Origin: Desulfatiglandales bacterium
GTDB taxonomy: Bacteria > Desulfobacterota > DSM-4660 > Desulfatiglandales > HGW-15
Length of the DNA: 64,000 nt
Direction: 5' to 3'
Assembly: GCA_963667015.2 (NCBI GenBank)
Contig: CAXXJJ010000004.1
Coordinates: 1,024,001 to 1,088,000 of the forward strand
Each line of letters opens with the position of its first letter. The stretch's first letter is position 1. Below the pieces are notes generated by a model. It saw only the letters and a program-made list of their open reading frames with translations. It searched no databases and was not told the origin of the DNA. This document shows positions 49,850-60,304 of this stretch, one piece after another. A program made the position numbers and the translations under genes.

Positions 49850-51160
49850 TTGGTAAGTAAAATTAAGAACCTGTTTCTGCAGATGCTGTTCCTTGGAGTT
49901 GATACAAAACCGGACGAGATCAAGGGTATTCTGGGTATGTTTTCATCTCTATTCCTCATACTTATGACTACCTATTTTCTCAAACCTGCCAGGGAAATCC
50001 TTATACTCACAGAAGGAACAGCCGAAATACGCAGCTATGCCGTGGCAATACAGGCTGTTCTCCTGATTTTTTTGCTGCCTGTCTATGGAAAATTCTCAAG
50101 AAACTACAGCTGCAACAGTTTTATGAGAATCGTAACAATACTGTTTTCAATGATTCTCATTTTATTTTACCTTGCGGCGTCTCTTGGCTACCATATTTCA
50201 ATAGTATTTTTTGTATGGCTTGGTGTCTACAGTGTTGTTGTCATTGCCCAGTTCTGGGCATTTGCTACCGACCTTTTTACAAGAGAGGCTGGTGAGCGTC
50301 TGTTTGTTATTATAGCCTTTGGAGGATCTATCGGGGCATGGGTAGGTGCAACTATCAGCCGCATACTTGTAGGCTATCTTAGTGCCAGTGAATTAATCCT
50401 GCTTTCATCAGCAACTCTGGCTTTGTCTATGGTGCCTGCCCTTTATGCAGTCAGGGCTCTTCCCCAGGAATGCATTTTACAGGACTGCACCCCAATCCAT
50501 GAGATAAAAACATCTTTCCTTGCCTGTTTTCAGATAGTCTTTACCCGTCGTATCTTATTACTTATAGCCATATTTGTTATCCTGTTTAATCTCATAAACA
50601 GTACCGGAGAATACCTGCTCTCATCCACCCTTGAAAAAGAATTTGCAGCAGGAGTTCTTGACGGAAGCATCACAGTTGACAAAGGAATCTATGTAGGAAA
50701 ATTCTACAGCAGTTTTTTTGCTATTGTTAATCTTGCAGGAGCTCTTATTCAATTTTTTCTTGTTTCAAGGCTGATAAAATATGCGGGCTTCAGCCTGGCC
50801 TTTGCATTTACTCCCCTGCTGGTTTTACTGGGATACACCAGCCTGTTTTTTTTACCTGCGTTGTCAATCCTCAGACTGGTCAAAATATCTGAAAACAGCT
50901 TTGATTATTCTCTGCTGAACACAACAAAGCAGATGCTCTATCTTCCCATGAACAGACAGGAAAAATATGAGGCAAGGGCAACAATTGATTCATTCGGTCA
51001 GCGTGTCGGAGATCTTCTTCAGGCAGGTGTGGTCTTTATTGGGCTCAATATTTTTCAATTTGTTTACAAAGGATTTATTTCTGTAGTGGTTTTATTTGCA
51101 CTGTGCAACATCTTTCTTGCATACCAGATCCTGCGTGAACGCCGACGCCTGATAAAATAA
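49850..51160 (+). CDS. Npt1/NTT (TLC ATP/ADP translocase)-family nucleotide transporter
   Basis: YFLKPARE, AQFWAFATDLF...RLF and YSLLNTTKQMLYLP...EKYEARATID...R.GD. About 11-12 TMs. Confidence 0.82.
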   Translation: MVSKIKNLFLQMLFLGVDTKPDEIKGILGMFSSLFLILMTTYFLKPAREILILTEGTAEIRSYAVAIQAVLLIFLLPVYGKFSRNYSCNSFMRIVTILFSMILILFYLAASLGYHISIVFFVWLGVYSVVVIAQFWAFATDLFTREAGERLFVIIAFGGSIGAWVGATISRILVGYLSASELILLSSATLALSMVPALYAVRALPQECILQDCTPIHEIKTSFLACFQIVFTRRILLLIAIFVILFNLINSTGEYLLSSTLEKEFAAGVLDGSITVDKGIYVGKFYSSFFAIVNLAGALIQFFLVSRLIKYAGFSLAFAFTPLLVLLGYTSLFFLPALSILRLVKISENSFDYSLLNTTKQMLYLPMNRQEKYEARATIDSFGQRVGDLLQAGVVFIGLNIFQFVYKGFISVVVLFALCNIFLAYQILRERRRLIK

Positions 51161-51344
51161 TCTCTCTTTTCAACACTCCTTTGACGAAGAGGATACGGTT
51201 AAGTCAACATTCAATCAGGGTGCCATCAATTAATTTTCCAATTAAAAATCCGATCCTTGCTCATTAACCATATTTATGCTAACCTGTTTTGTTTTTTAAA
51301 TTATGCATTAAAGTCTAAAAAAATGGAGCAAGTTTTAATTTCAA

Positions 51345-53177
51345 ATGGGTAAAGAAAAAAAAAATCAATATAGTAATGCGGTTTTGCTTCCAACACGGCT
51401 TAATAAAATGGCCACAGGATTATTCTATATTATTTTAATTGGGGTAATAGCAGGGATTGGATCCGTTCTCTTCAATTATCTTTGCCAGATAGGAACCCAC
51501 TTTTTCCTTGATTACCTGGCCGGTTACCGGCCCCCTCCAACAGCCGGAGAACCCGAACTTTTTGCCCAGACTGCCACTACTTTCAACAGATGGATACTTT
51601 TATTTTTACCCGTTCTGGGAGGGCTTGTCAGCGGATGGATTGTATATACCTTTGCCCCGGAAGCTGAAGGGCATGGAACCGATGCAGCAATAGATTCCTA
51701 TCATAACAAGGGTGGATTTGTAAGGGGCAGAATACCTTTTATTAAGACCATTACATCCGCCATTACCCTTACTACCGGTGGGTCCGGTGGACGTGAGGGG
51801 CCAATTGCCCAGATAGGATCGGGTTTTGGATCATTCCTTGCCACAAAGTTGGGTATGGGCAGCCGTGAAAGAAGAATCATGATGGCGGCAGGTATGGGGG
51901 CGGGTATCGGAAGCATCTTTCGTGCGCCTCTTGCAGGAGCTCTGTTTTCAGCAGAGGTGCTCTACCGCGAACCCGAGTTTGAATCGGAAGTGATCATACC
52001 AACCGGTATAGCCTCGGTAGTTGCCTATTGCATTTTCTGCCTCGTTTTTGGATGGGGCTCTCTTTTTGAAACCGAGGATTTTCTATTTGATAACGTCCTT
52101 GAACTTGGCCCCTATACCATACTTGCCCTTGTGCTTGTTGGCGCAGGAATCCTTTATGTTAAATGTTTTTATGGAGTACACAATTTCTTTAAAAAAATTA
52201 AAATTCCAAATCACATAAAGCCTGCTGTTGGCGGCCTGCTGACAGGACTTATCGGCCTGTATCTCCCGCAGACCCTATCTTTTGGTTATGGTTATGCCCA
52301 GGATGCCCTGAACAATCAGATTTCTACCTATCTTCTTTTTGCAATAGCATTTGGAAAAATTCTAACCACCTCTTTTTCAATAGGTTCAGGCGGAAGCGGT
52401 GGCGTCTTTGGTCCGTCAGTGGTAATCGGCGGGACACTTGGCGGAGGAGTCGGCAGAATATTCAATCAGTTACTTCCAAATATAGTTACCCACCCGGGGG
52501 CATTTGTTGTTGTTGGCATGGCCGGTTTTTTTACTGTCGTCTCAAACACTCCAATATCAACTATTATTTTTGTTAGCGAGATGACCAACTCATATCATCT
52601 CCTTTTGCCCAGCTTTTTAGTCTGTCTTGTTGGATATGTTCTTTCACGCAGATGGACTATTTACCTTAAACAAGTTGGAAGCAAGATAGACTCAAACGCG
52701 CATCGCGGTGAGTTTTTTATCGATGTGCTTGAGGAGATAAAAGTCAGGGACATGATCCCCTATTTCAGCAACTATACCACTGTTCCTGAGGATATGCCAT
52801 TTAGTCAATTCAGACAGGTATTCAGTGATTCAAATCAGCATTATTTTCCTGTTGTAGATGACAAGGGACGATTGACTGCTATTTTTTCTATAAATGACAT
52901 CCGCGGAGTTATCTTTGAGCAGGAAATTGATAACGTTGTACTTATGAGGGATATTGGAACAACGGACATTATTTTTACAACACCTACTGATGACCTGAAT
53001 GAGGTATTAAAGAAATTCACAATGCGCAATATTCAGTCAATCCCGGTTGTAAAGGATGAAGATCATTCTTCACTGATAGGCATGCTTGAACGACGGGAGG
53101 TTATCCGGGTTTACAATAAGAGAATTGAAGAGATGAAGGCAAGTGAAGGCAATAAAAAGGATAGCAGTATTTTTTAG
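51345..53177 (+). CDS. ClC chloride channel/antiporter with C-terminal CBS pair
   Basis: PEAEGHG, GGSGGREGP, FRAPLAG, GGVFGP, EMT and a CBS region with FPVVD and IPVV. Confidence 0.93.
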   Translation: MGKEKKNQYSNAVLLPTRLNKMATGLFYIILIGVIAGIGSVLFNYLCQIGTHFFLDYLAGYRPPPTAGEPELFAQTATTFNRWILLFLPVLGGLVSGWIVYTFAPEAEGHGTDAAIDSYHNKGGFVRGRIPFIKTITSAITLTTGGSGGREGPIAQIGSGFGSFLATKLGMGSRERRIMMAAGMGAGIGSIFRAPLAGALFSAEVLYREPEFESEVIIPTGIASVVAYCIFCLVFGWGSLFETEDFLFDNVLELGPYTILALVLVGAGILYVKCFYGVHNFFKKIKIPNHIKPAVGGLLTGLIGLYLPQTLSFGYGYAQDALNNQISTYLLFAIAFGKILTTSFSIGSGGSGGVFGPSVVIGGTLGGGVGRIFNQLLPNIVTHPGAFVVVGMAGFFTVVSNTPISTIIFVSEMTNSYHLLLPSFLVCLVGYVLSRRWTIYLKQVGSKIDSNAHRGEFFIDVLEEIKVRDMIPYFSNYTTVPEDMPFSQFRQVFSDSNQHYFPVVDDKGRLTAIFSINDIRGVIFEQEIDNVVLMRDIGTTDIIFTTPTDDLNEVLKKFTMRNIQSIPVVKDEDHSSLIGMLERREVIRVYNKRIEEMKASEGNKKDSSIF

Positions 53178-53179
53178 AT

Positions 53180-53302
53180 TGCTATCATACATATACTTTT
53201 CCAGTTTATTAAACAGCTCCTGCGGCTGTATGGGCTTCGGTGTATAATCATTCATGCCTGCGCCAGCAGACATAGTTTTCTATCTCCCTGCATGGGCATT
53301 CT
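53180..53302 (-). pseudogene. Remnant of a receiver (REC) domain C-terminus, hybrid histidine-kinase type
   Basis: Across small indels reads [34 protein letters not shown], matching the A.AM.GD...CL.AGM.DY..KP pattern. Confidence 0.65.
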
Positions 53303-53376
53303 CAGCTGAATATCTACCTCAAACAGAAATTTAAATTAAGCCATATTTTTGACTTTTGAGATTTTTAAAAAAATAC

Positions 53377-53416
53377 TTGACACTTTAAGACTATGTGTAT
53401 TATTGTATTAATACAC
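53377..53416 (+). promoter_or_regulatory. Sigma-70 promoter overlapped by a YtrA-type operator palindrome
   Basis: TTGACA at 53377. GTGTATTA-N6-TAATACAC (53395-53416) covers the -10 region, upstream of the GntR gene. Confidence 0.75.
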
Positions 53417-53554
53417 CTAGCATCATCACAGACTTATCTTAAGCAATTTTTTTGTATCCTGCACAGCGGGATTTATAATCCTTTATGTATTGATTTAATA
53501 TGTATGGCCCATGACCTGACCGGGCGGCGGCATAAAAACTGAGAGAATTTTTTA

Positions 53555-53959
53555 ATGATTATTGAGATAGACAATCATAGCGGAGTTCCGATCTACACTC
53601 AGATAATTGAGCAGATTAAGCAGTATATACTTTCGGGAAACCTTTCAGAGGGTACACAGCTTGAGAATGTACGAAGTCTCGCTGCCCGCCTCCTGGTCAA
53701 TCCCATGACCATAAGCAAGGCATACAGTCAGCTTGAGCGGGATGGACTTATCGAGCGGCGCAGAGGAATCGGAATGTTCGTTAAACCCATGGCTGGGGAG
53801 ACAAAGAAAGACTTTAAATCCCAGACTGCCAGGGACAGTTTCAAAAAAGCCGCTGCTACCGCCATCCTTATGGATTACACAGAAGAAGAAGCTGTTGATT
53901 TACTCAGACAGATATACAGGAAATTAAAAAAGGAAGAAGGAGAAAAAGGCAATGAATGA
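53555..53959 (+). CDS. GntR-family regulator, YtrA subfamily
   Basis: PIYTQIIEQIK, VRSLA..L.VNPMTISKAY..LE and RRGIGMFV, with a short C-terminus. Followed by an ABC ATPase. Confidence 0.92.
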   Translation: MIIEIDNHSGVPIYTQIIEQIKQYILSGNLSEGTQLENVRSLAARLLVNPMTISKAYSQLERDGLIERRRGIGMFVKPMAGETKKDFKSQTARDSFKKAAATAILMDYTEEEAVDLLRQIYRKLKKEEGEKGNE

Positions 53960-54857
53960 AAATCCAATTATTTCTGTAAAAAATCTTACAAAACTGTTTG
54001 GCTCTGTTCGTGCAATCAACAATTTATCCCTTGATATCTATCCAGGTCAAATTTTCGGCCTCATGGGCGCAAATGGTGGGGGGAAAAGTACTCTTATCCG
54101 CCACTGGATAGGTCTTTACCTGCCGGATAAAGGGACCTGCACAACTTTTGGAGGAGAGGCTAAAAAACTCGGCCCGCAGGAACTGGCACGAATTGGCTAT
54201 GTACACCAGGAAGGTAAACTCATCGACTGGATGAGTGTTACAAAGCTTATAAGATATGTTGCAGCATACTACCCTACCTGGAATAGAGATGTTGAAACCC
54301 GTTATCTCGAAGAATTCGAACTGGACCCCAAGGCCCGTGTTGGAAAGCTCTCACCCGGACAGCGCCAGATGCTTGCAGTGCTTTTAGCCATAGGTTTTGA
54401 ACCGGAACTGCTTATACTTGACGAACCTGCTGCTGCCATGGATCCCCTTGCCCGCCGCAAGTTTCTGGAACTTCTACTGAAAATGATCCAGGTGGAAGGA
54501 CGTACAATAATTATCTCATCACATATCCTGACAGATATAGAAAAGGTAATCGATCATGCGCTTGTCATGGACAAGGGGAAGATGCTCTGCGACACCCCGA
54601 TAGATGATTTAAGGGAACAGTATGTCAGACTGCGCCTTACATCCCTGAATGGAGCGATACCCGAAGACCTGCCTTTCCCTAATATACTTAAAAGAGAACA
54701 GAACGGTTCAAAGGCAATAGTTACACTAGCAGGCAATATTAAAAGCCTGAAGGAACTTGAAACGATCGCTGACAGCATTCATTGCCAGATGGAGCAGATA
54801 CCCCTTCCTCTTGAGGATATTTATCAGCTTGTAGTTGAAAACAGGGTTAGGGATTAG
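53952..54857 (+). CDS. ABC transporter ATP-binding protein (YtrB-like)
   Basis: GANGGGKST, LSPGQ, LILDEP and ISSH. Confidence 0.93.
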   Translation: MNENPIISVKNLTKLFGSVRAINNLSLDIYPGQIFGLMGANGGGKSTLIRHWIGLYLPDKGTCTTFGGEAKKLGPQELARIGYVHQEGKLIDWMSVTKLIRYVAAYYPTWNRDVETRYLEEFELDPKARVGKLSPGQRQMLAVLLAIGFEPELLILDEPAAAMDPLARRKFLELLLKMIQVEGRTIIISSHILTDIEKVIDHALVMDKGKMLCDTPIDDLREQYVRLRLTSLNGAIPEDLPFPNILKREQNGSKAIVTLAGNIKSLKELETIADSIHCQMEQIPLPLEDIYQLVVENRVRD

Positions 54858-54874
54858 GAATCAGGAAAGAGGAA

Positions 54875-56344
54875 ATGTCCATTCTTAGCGAAAAACTGGG
54901 GCTCTATAATATAAGTCATTATGATAACCTTAAAGGTCGTCTTTTCGGCATGGTAACACTGTATTTAATAATCATCGGGTTATTTAGTAACGCCTTATAT
55001 GAATTGAGAATAGAGGAAATAATTCAAAACCAGCAATGTGTCCTTAGGCCCCTGATTAATTTATTCGCCGGTATGTTTTTATTAGGAATAATATCAACTA
55101 TTACTCAATTAGAACTTATTTCAAAACCATTTTCTTTTTGTCTGCCTGACCGACAAAAAACTATTCGTAAAGTAATCTTTTTGATCGGCGGATTAATAAC
55201 TTTTGGATTTTCGCTTATATTCTTCATTTTTTCTGAACATACATTATTACTCTTTTTTCTGCATATAATAGTGTTTCCGATCATAGGCTTACCATTCTAT
55301 TTTTTTATGGCTTTTATTTTCTTTATTACCCATGGTGATTCATTAAAAAGATATCTTAGATATGGCTTTCCTGCAGTGTCAATTATCTTATCCGCATCAT
55401 TCATGATAAATCTTAAAAATGATTTAGTAATCCCGCTTAATCAATTGATTGTTTTTTGTTTTGCTCCACTTTTTATATCTTCCTTATTGGGCATATCGGC
55501 TTTATGGAAGGTCCTTGGAGATGACCGGGTGGGCAGAATATTTTACAGGAAAATGTTCGGTTTACCGGATAGTCAAATATTAGCAGAAAAAAAAGCACAT
55601 AAAATATCTCAGCAACAAATTAAAAAAGAAAGAGAACAAATTGAATTATTTTTTATAAAAAAAATAATTAATCAGCCTCTTTTTAGTGTAGCCCGCTCGG
55701 TTCTGGGAACATTTTATCTTATACTGGAGCATGTTTCAGGATATTCTAAAATACCCTTAATAACTGAAATAATACTTCCCTCACTGTTTTTTTTCCTTTT
55801 TGGATATATTCAAAATAACAATGAAATCAAAGAAATTTTCATTATTTATCCTTTGGGCTACTTCCTGTTTATTTATTCCAGGAATATAATATTAATGTAC
55901 AAACCACGTTTATGCGGGCTTCTTTTTCCAATAGGAAGATCAAAACAATTTCGCATCAACCTCGTACTCTTGCTGGTAAAACCCCTTACAATGATGCTCT
56001 GGTTCTTTTTAATAGTAGGAGTTTCACACAGCCTGAAAAATTACATGCCGGATTTTACCCTGCTGGGCTATCACTTCACCTATAATCCACTTGCAGTATC
56101 TTTAATACTATGGCCCGCAGTTATTATCCCGGTTATTGATATCTTTATTTCATTTCCGGAACCTCCATGCAGCCTTGTAACAATGGTCTGCTTTATCGTT
56201 ACGCTTTTTGTATTAACAGGATTCTTTTTTGTAGATAGTGGTCTTAAAACGCAGATCATTTCCATGACATTTATGATCGTTATTTCAAATGTTTTCTACC
56301 TGATTCTTTTATCACGTTACTGGTTCAAACGAGATCATGTTTAA
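54875..56344 (+). CDS. Polytopic membrane protein, putative ABC permease, paralog 1 of 5
   Basis: About 12 TMs. Shared motifs QLELISKPFSFCLP, LFPIGR, YMPD and RYWFKRD. Confidence 0.75.
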   Translation: MSILSEKLGLYNISHYDNLKGRLFGMVTLYLIIIGLFSNALYELRIEEIIQNQQCVLRPLINLFAGMFLLGIISTITQLELISKPFSFCLPDRQKTIRKVIFLIGGLITFGFSLIFFIFSEHTLLLFFLHIIVFPIIGLPFYFFMAFIFFITHGDSLKRYLRYGFPAVSIILSASFMINLKNDLVIPLNQLIVFCFAPLFISSLLGISALWKVLGDDRVGRIFYRKMFGLPDSQILAEKKAHKISQQQIKKEREQIELFFIKKIINQPLFSVARSVLGTFYLILEHVSGYSKIPLITEIILPSLFFFLFGYIQNNNEIKEIFIIYPLGYFLFIYSRNIILMYKPRLCGLLFPIGRSKQFRINLVLLLVKPLTMMLWFFLIVGVSHSLKNYMPDFTLLGYHFTYNPLAVSLILWPAVIIPVIDIFISFPEPPCSLVTMVCFIVTLFVLTGFFFVDSGLKTQIISMTFMIVISNVFYLILLSRYWFKRDHV

Positions 56345-56369
56345 TATGCAGAGAAAAGGAAAAATAGAA

Positions 56370-57839
56370 ATGTCCATACTTGCAGCAAATCTTAAATTAT
56401 ACTCACCTTTTCAGAAGCAATCTTTTCTATATAAGGTTTACCTGTTTCTGGAGGTTTTCTTAGTAGTAGGTTTTACCGGGGCTATGACAGAAATGACTCA
56501 TGGTGAAAAACTCCCTCTTTCAATATTGGCTTTGCCCTTCGTCTTCCTGTTTTTATTTGGACAGATTGTAGCAATGGTACAGATTGATGTTCTATCAATG
56601 CCTTTTTCTTTGTGCCTTCCCGGGCATAATAATGTACCGCGCCGTACTATTTTTATAATCGGGTTAATGGCTGCTGTTTCTGCAGCAATCATTTCGACTG
56701 TTTTCCCTCAAGAAAGCGGGCATATGCTTATGATGCTTTTTATGGCGGCTATGGTTTTGACCTTATATTTTTTGGCAGTATGCCTGTCTTTTTATTTTTC
56801 AAAAACCCAAAACAGGCTGTTCATCAATGGAGCATTGTTTACATTTATCCCGGTTCTGTTAGTGTTCTTTTTCCAGAAGGATTTATTAACAACCGACAGC
56901 AATGCCATGTTGTACTGCATTATTGCCCTTCTTGTTTCTGGCACATCATTATCAATTGTCGCATGGGATCTACTTGGCTACAGTTCACTAAAGAGAAAAT
57001 GTTTTGGAAGACCTTCGAAATTATCAATAACCTTAGATAGAGACTTGATAGATCAATTACATGCAAAAAGTAATTACTATTTTCATGAAACTCCTGAAAG
57101 GAAAAATAGTAACAGCAAATTTGCATTAAAATTCTTTAAGAGTTTTACAGGAAGTCGATTTTTCAGTTTCAAACATTCGTTAATGGGAATGCTATATTGC
57201 CTGTTCTCACGTCATTTTACTTTAAACGGAAATGAACCTGTTCTTAAACTGATCCTTGCATCATCTTTTATTTTCTTTTCAGGATATTTTGAAAATGAAA
57301 ACCTCCTGACATATGAAAAGATGATGATAAATCCTTTTTCTCTATTGGCGGCTATGCCTTTGTGTATGATGCTCAGCAGTTTTTTTATGCCCCAGTCTCA
57401 TAATATGCTGTTACCAGCAAGTCGTTCAAGACAATTTTGGGTTAGCTTTCTATTATGGTTCATAAAATCCATAACAGTCATGATCCTGGCATCCATTGTT
57501 ATAGTTGTATCGTGGCTTCTTCAGGTTTTTATGCCAGAAGTTGAGCTTTTCGGTTTCACTTTTATATACAGCAGCCCCGGTCTGCACACAATATTCTGGA
57601 CGCTAATTATGTTACCCATAATAGATTTTATGCTCGGTTATGTATCAATGCCATTTCGCCTGTTCTCAATGATTTTTATAACCTCTATACTTTTCATACT
57701 GTCCTTTATTTCATTTGCAGCAAACAATATTTATATTCATGCCTTTTTACTAACACTGATGATCTTGATGACAAACGGCCTGTTTTTCAGCCTGTTCAGC
57801 CGTTACTGGTTTAGAAAAGATATAACCCTTTTAAGTTGA
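56370..57839 (+). CDS. Polytopic membrane protein, putative ABC permease, paralog 2 of 5
   Basis: MSILAANLKLYSPFQ, QIDVLSMPFSLCLPG, LLPASR, FMPE and RYWFRKD. Start chosen by alignment with paralogs. Confidence 0.75.
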   Translation: MSILAANLKLYSPFQKQSFLYKVYLFLEVFLVVGFTGAMTEMTHGEKLPLSILALPFVFLFLFGQIVAMVQIDVLSMPFSLCLPGHNNVPRRTIFIIGLMAAVSAAIISTVFPQESGHMLMMLFMAAMVLTLYFLAVCLSFYFSKTQNRLFINGALFTFIPVLLVFFFQKDLLTTDSNAMLYCIIALLVSGTSLSIVAWDLLGYSSLKRKCFGRPSKLSITLDRDLIDQLHAKSNYYFHETPERKNSNSKFALKFFKSFTGSRFFSFKHSLMGMLYCLFSRHFTLNGNEPVLKLILASSFIFFSGYFENENLLTYEKMMINPFSLLAAMPLCMMLSSFFMPQSHNMLLPASRSRQFWVSFLLWFIKSITVMILASIVIVVSWLLQVFMPEVELFGFTFIYSSPGLHTIFWTLIMLPIIDFMLGYVSMPFRLFSMIFITSILFILSFISFAANNIYIHAFLLTLMILMTNGLFFSLFSRYWFRKDITLLS

Positions 57840-57936
57840 GCCCTGGGAAATTAACAATGATACTACATTAAATTAATAATTCAGATTTATGAAAAGCACT
57901 TGTAAATAAAACATATATAATAAAAGGAGCACAAAC

Positions 57937-58800
57937 ATGAAAAAAATTTTATTAAGTCTACTTTTGGTTTTATTTTCTTTTCCTTATTCACAGGCTGAAT
58001 CTTCGGTATGGAAGGCCCAAAAAGGTGATTCAGTAATGTATATAGGAGGCACAATTCACATATTGCGGCAATCAGACTACCCGTTACCTGCCGAATATAA
58101 CAAGGCTTATTCATTGTCAGACATGCTGGTTTTTGAAGCTGACATGGGAATGGCAAACGATCCTTCAACACAGCAGAAAATATTAAAAAAAGCTCTTTAT
58201 ACAGACGGCACAAATGTTGAGCAGCATCTTTCAGCCGATACATATAAACTGCTAAATGAATACTGCACATCCAACGGTATACCTCTTCAGCAGCTCAAAC
58301 AGTTAAAACCTCCTATTATAGCAACAATGATAGTATCTATGGAGCTTGCAAAACTTGGGGCCAGCCCAAATGGTGTTGATATGTTCTTTTATCAGACCGG
58401 AACAAAGGATAATAAAACCATAGAGGAACTGGAGACGATTGATCAGCAAATTGATTTGTTATTCAAATTGATTGAAGGGAAGGAAGATGAATTTATCCAG
58501 CAGACAATAAATGAAATAAACTCCATTAAAGAGCTTTATGACACAATGGTAGCGACATGGAAAACAGGTGATGTTAATAAATTGTTCGATTTATTTGTTA
58601 AAGAAATGCAAACAGAAACCCCCAATATATATAAAAGCATCATTTCCGATCGTAATAACAGCTGGGTTTCAGTAATAGATAATTTTTTTGAGAATAATAA
58701 CACAGAGTTTATTCTTGTAGGAGTAGCCCACCTGGTTGGCCCCGATGGAATTATCGAGCAGTTGAGCAAAAAGGGGTATAAGGTTGAAAAGCTGAGATAA
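57937..58800 (+). CDS. TraB/GumN (Tiki-like) family protein, exported
   Basis: Signal peptide ending SQA, plus GTIH, GVD, ELET..QQ, RN..W and VGVAHLVGPDG. Confidence 0.88.
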   Translation: MKKILLSLLLVLFSFPYSQAESSVWKAQKGDSVMYIGGTIHILRQSDYPLPAEYNKAYSLSDMLVFEADMGMANDPSTQQKILKKALYTDGTNVEQHLSADTYKLLNEYCTSNGIPLQQLKQLKPPIIATMIVSMELAKLGASPNGVDMFFYQTGTKDNKTIEELETIDQQIDLLFKLIEGKEDEFIQQTINEINSIKELYDTMVATWKTGDVNKLFDLFVKEMQTETPNIYKSIISDRNNSWVSVIDNFFENNNTEFILVGVAHLVGPDGIIEQLSKKGYKVEKLR

Positions 58801-58817
58801 TAAAAAGATTATTTAAT

Positions 58818-60293
58818 ATGAACACATCAATACTTAAAGAAAATTTTAAGCTGTACAATCCCTTTAAAAATCGGGGGCTTTTAGCTTATTATTTCTACGC
58901 ATTTATGTTCCTTGCCTATAATCTCTCATCACTACATACAGGAGAAGCATCTCTTGACAACATTTATCCTGTACGACCAATGCTTTTAGTCTTTTTCAGT
59001 ATGTTTTTCTTTGGAGGAATAGCGATTTTACCGCAGTTAGAAATGCTTGTAAAACCGCATTTTTTATGTTTACCCGGCAGTCAGAAAATCATGAAAAATG
59101 CATTAATAGCAGCAGGATTTCTTGTCATGCTATTCTGTTCTCTTGCGGTTATGCCATTTAAAGATCCGGGATCTCCAGTATGGATAATACGCATTATAAC
59201 TGCACCTGTTCTGGGATTACCATTCTACCTGTTTGCCATAGTTATCAGTTTTTATTTTCGTGCAGATGCGCAAAACAACAGGCTGGTAAAATGTAGCATC
59301 TATTTATTTGTTATACTTGCTATTGCAGCAGGTATAATGATTGGAGATTATTCTATTTCCTTAAAAGATCTTATTATTTACTGGGTAATACCCCTTACTA
59401 TTTCTTCTATTGCACTTTTAACTGCTCTTGCAAAAATGTTTGGAAAGTTTGACATTATAAGGAAATATCATACAGGAACATACATTCCATGGCTGGCAGT
59501 TGTATTAAACAGGGATAATCAGCTTGATATTGCCCCCAGAAAAGCAGACAACGATGAATTCAAAGAAAACATTGCAGAAAAGTATCTTTTTAATGGAATG
59601 AAGCAGCGCTCCTTTTTGAGCTTAAAACGATCAATACTTGGGGCAATCTATCAGAAGGTAGAGCAAAAAATTGATTTTGAAACTGCTTCTAAAAATGGTT
59701 TTCAAGGTAAATTAATTTTATCAATATGCATTCTGTTGTTAACCGGGTACTTCCCTGTCTTCAGCCATAATTTTAGCGGCAACATATTCTATATCGCCCA
59801 GTTATACTGCCTGTTGATGCCCTGCCTTGTTGTCAATGGTATTTTAAGTATAACTGCCTATGAGCTTCTGCTGCCAGCAGGACGCTTTGAGCAGTTTATA
59901 ATACATAAAACAATCACATCTCTTAAGCTGGCAGCAGGCGTTATCTATGTTGGTTTTATTATAGCTGTTTCATGGGCTTTAAAATGGATAATGCCTGAGA
60001 TTACATTATTCGATCAAAATTACATATACACTCCCATCAGTACAGCATTGCTTTTGTGGACGGTTGTATTTCTTTCGGCAGTAGAGTTTTTCTCCTTTTA
60101 CGCAAAACGAAGTAGAAGTGAAAATATATATATCCACCTGACATTAATATTAGCGTTTATATTGCCGACTATTTTCCTGGTAATTATAACTCCGAGATTT
60201 GATTTATTGATGGTTACACTCATATTTTTACTTTTTACAGTAATGGATATCATTCAGCATGTCTCTTACTGGTTAAAAAGAGACCTGCTTTAA
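58818..60293 (+). CDS. Polytopic membrane protein, putative ABC permease, paralog 3 of 5
   Basis: SILKENFKLYNPFK, QLEMLVKPHFLCLPG, LLPAGR, IMPE and YWLKRD. Confidence 0.75.
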   Translation: MNTSILKENFKLYNPFKNRGLLAYYFYAFMFLAYNLSSLHTGEASLDNIYPVRPMLLVFFSMFFFGGIAILPQLEMLVKPHFLCLPGSQKIMKNALIAAGFLVMLFCSLAVMPFKDPGSPVWIIRIITAPVLGLPFYLFAIVISFYFRADAQNNRLVKCSIYLFVILAIAAGIMIGDYSISLKDLIIYWVIPLTISSIALLTALAKMFGKFDIIRKYHTGTYIPWLAVVLNRDNQLDIAPRKADNDEFKENIAEKYLFNGMKQRSFLSLKRSILGAIYQKVEQKIDFETASKNGFQGKLILSICILLLTGYFPVFSHNFSGNIFYIAQLYCLLMPCLVVNGILSITAYELLLPAGRFEQFIIHKTITSLKLAAGVIYVGFIIAVSWALKWIMPEITLFDQNYIYTPISTALLLWTVVFLSAVEFFSFYAKRSRSENIYIHLTLILAFILPTIFLVIITPRFDLLMVTLIFLLFTVMDIIQHVSYWLKRDLL

Positions 60294-60304
60294 GGGAAAT
60301 TGAA

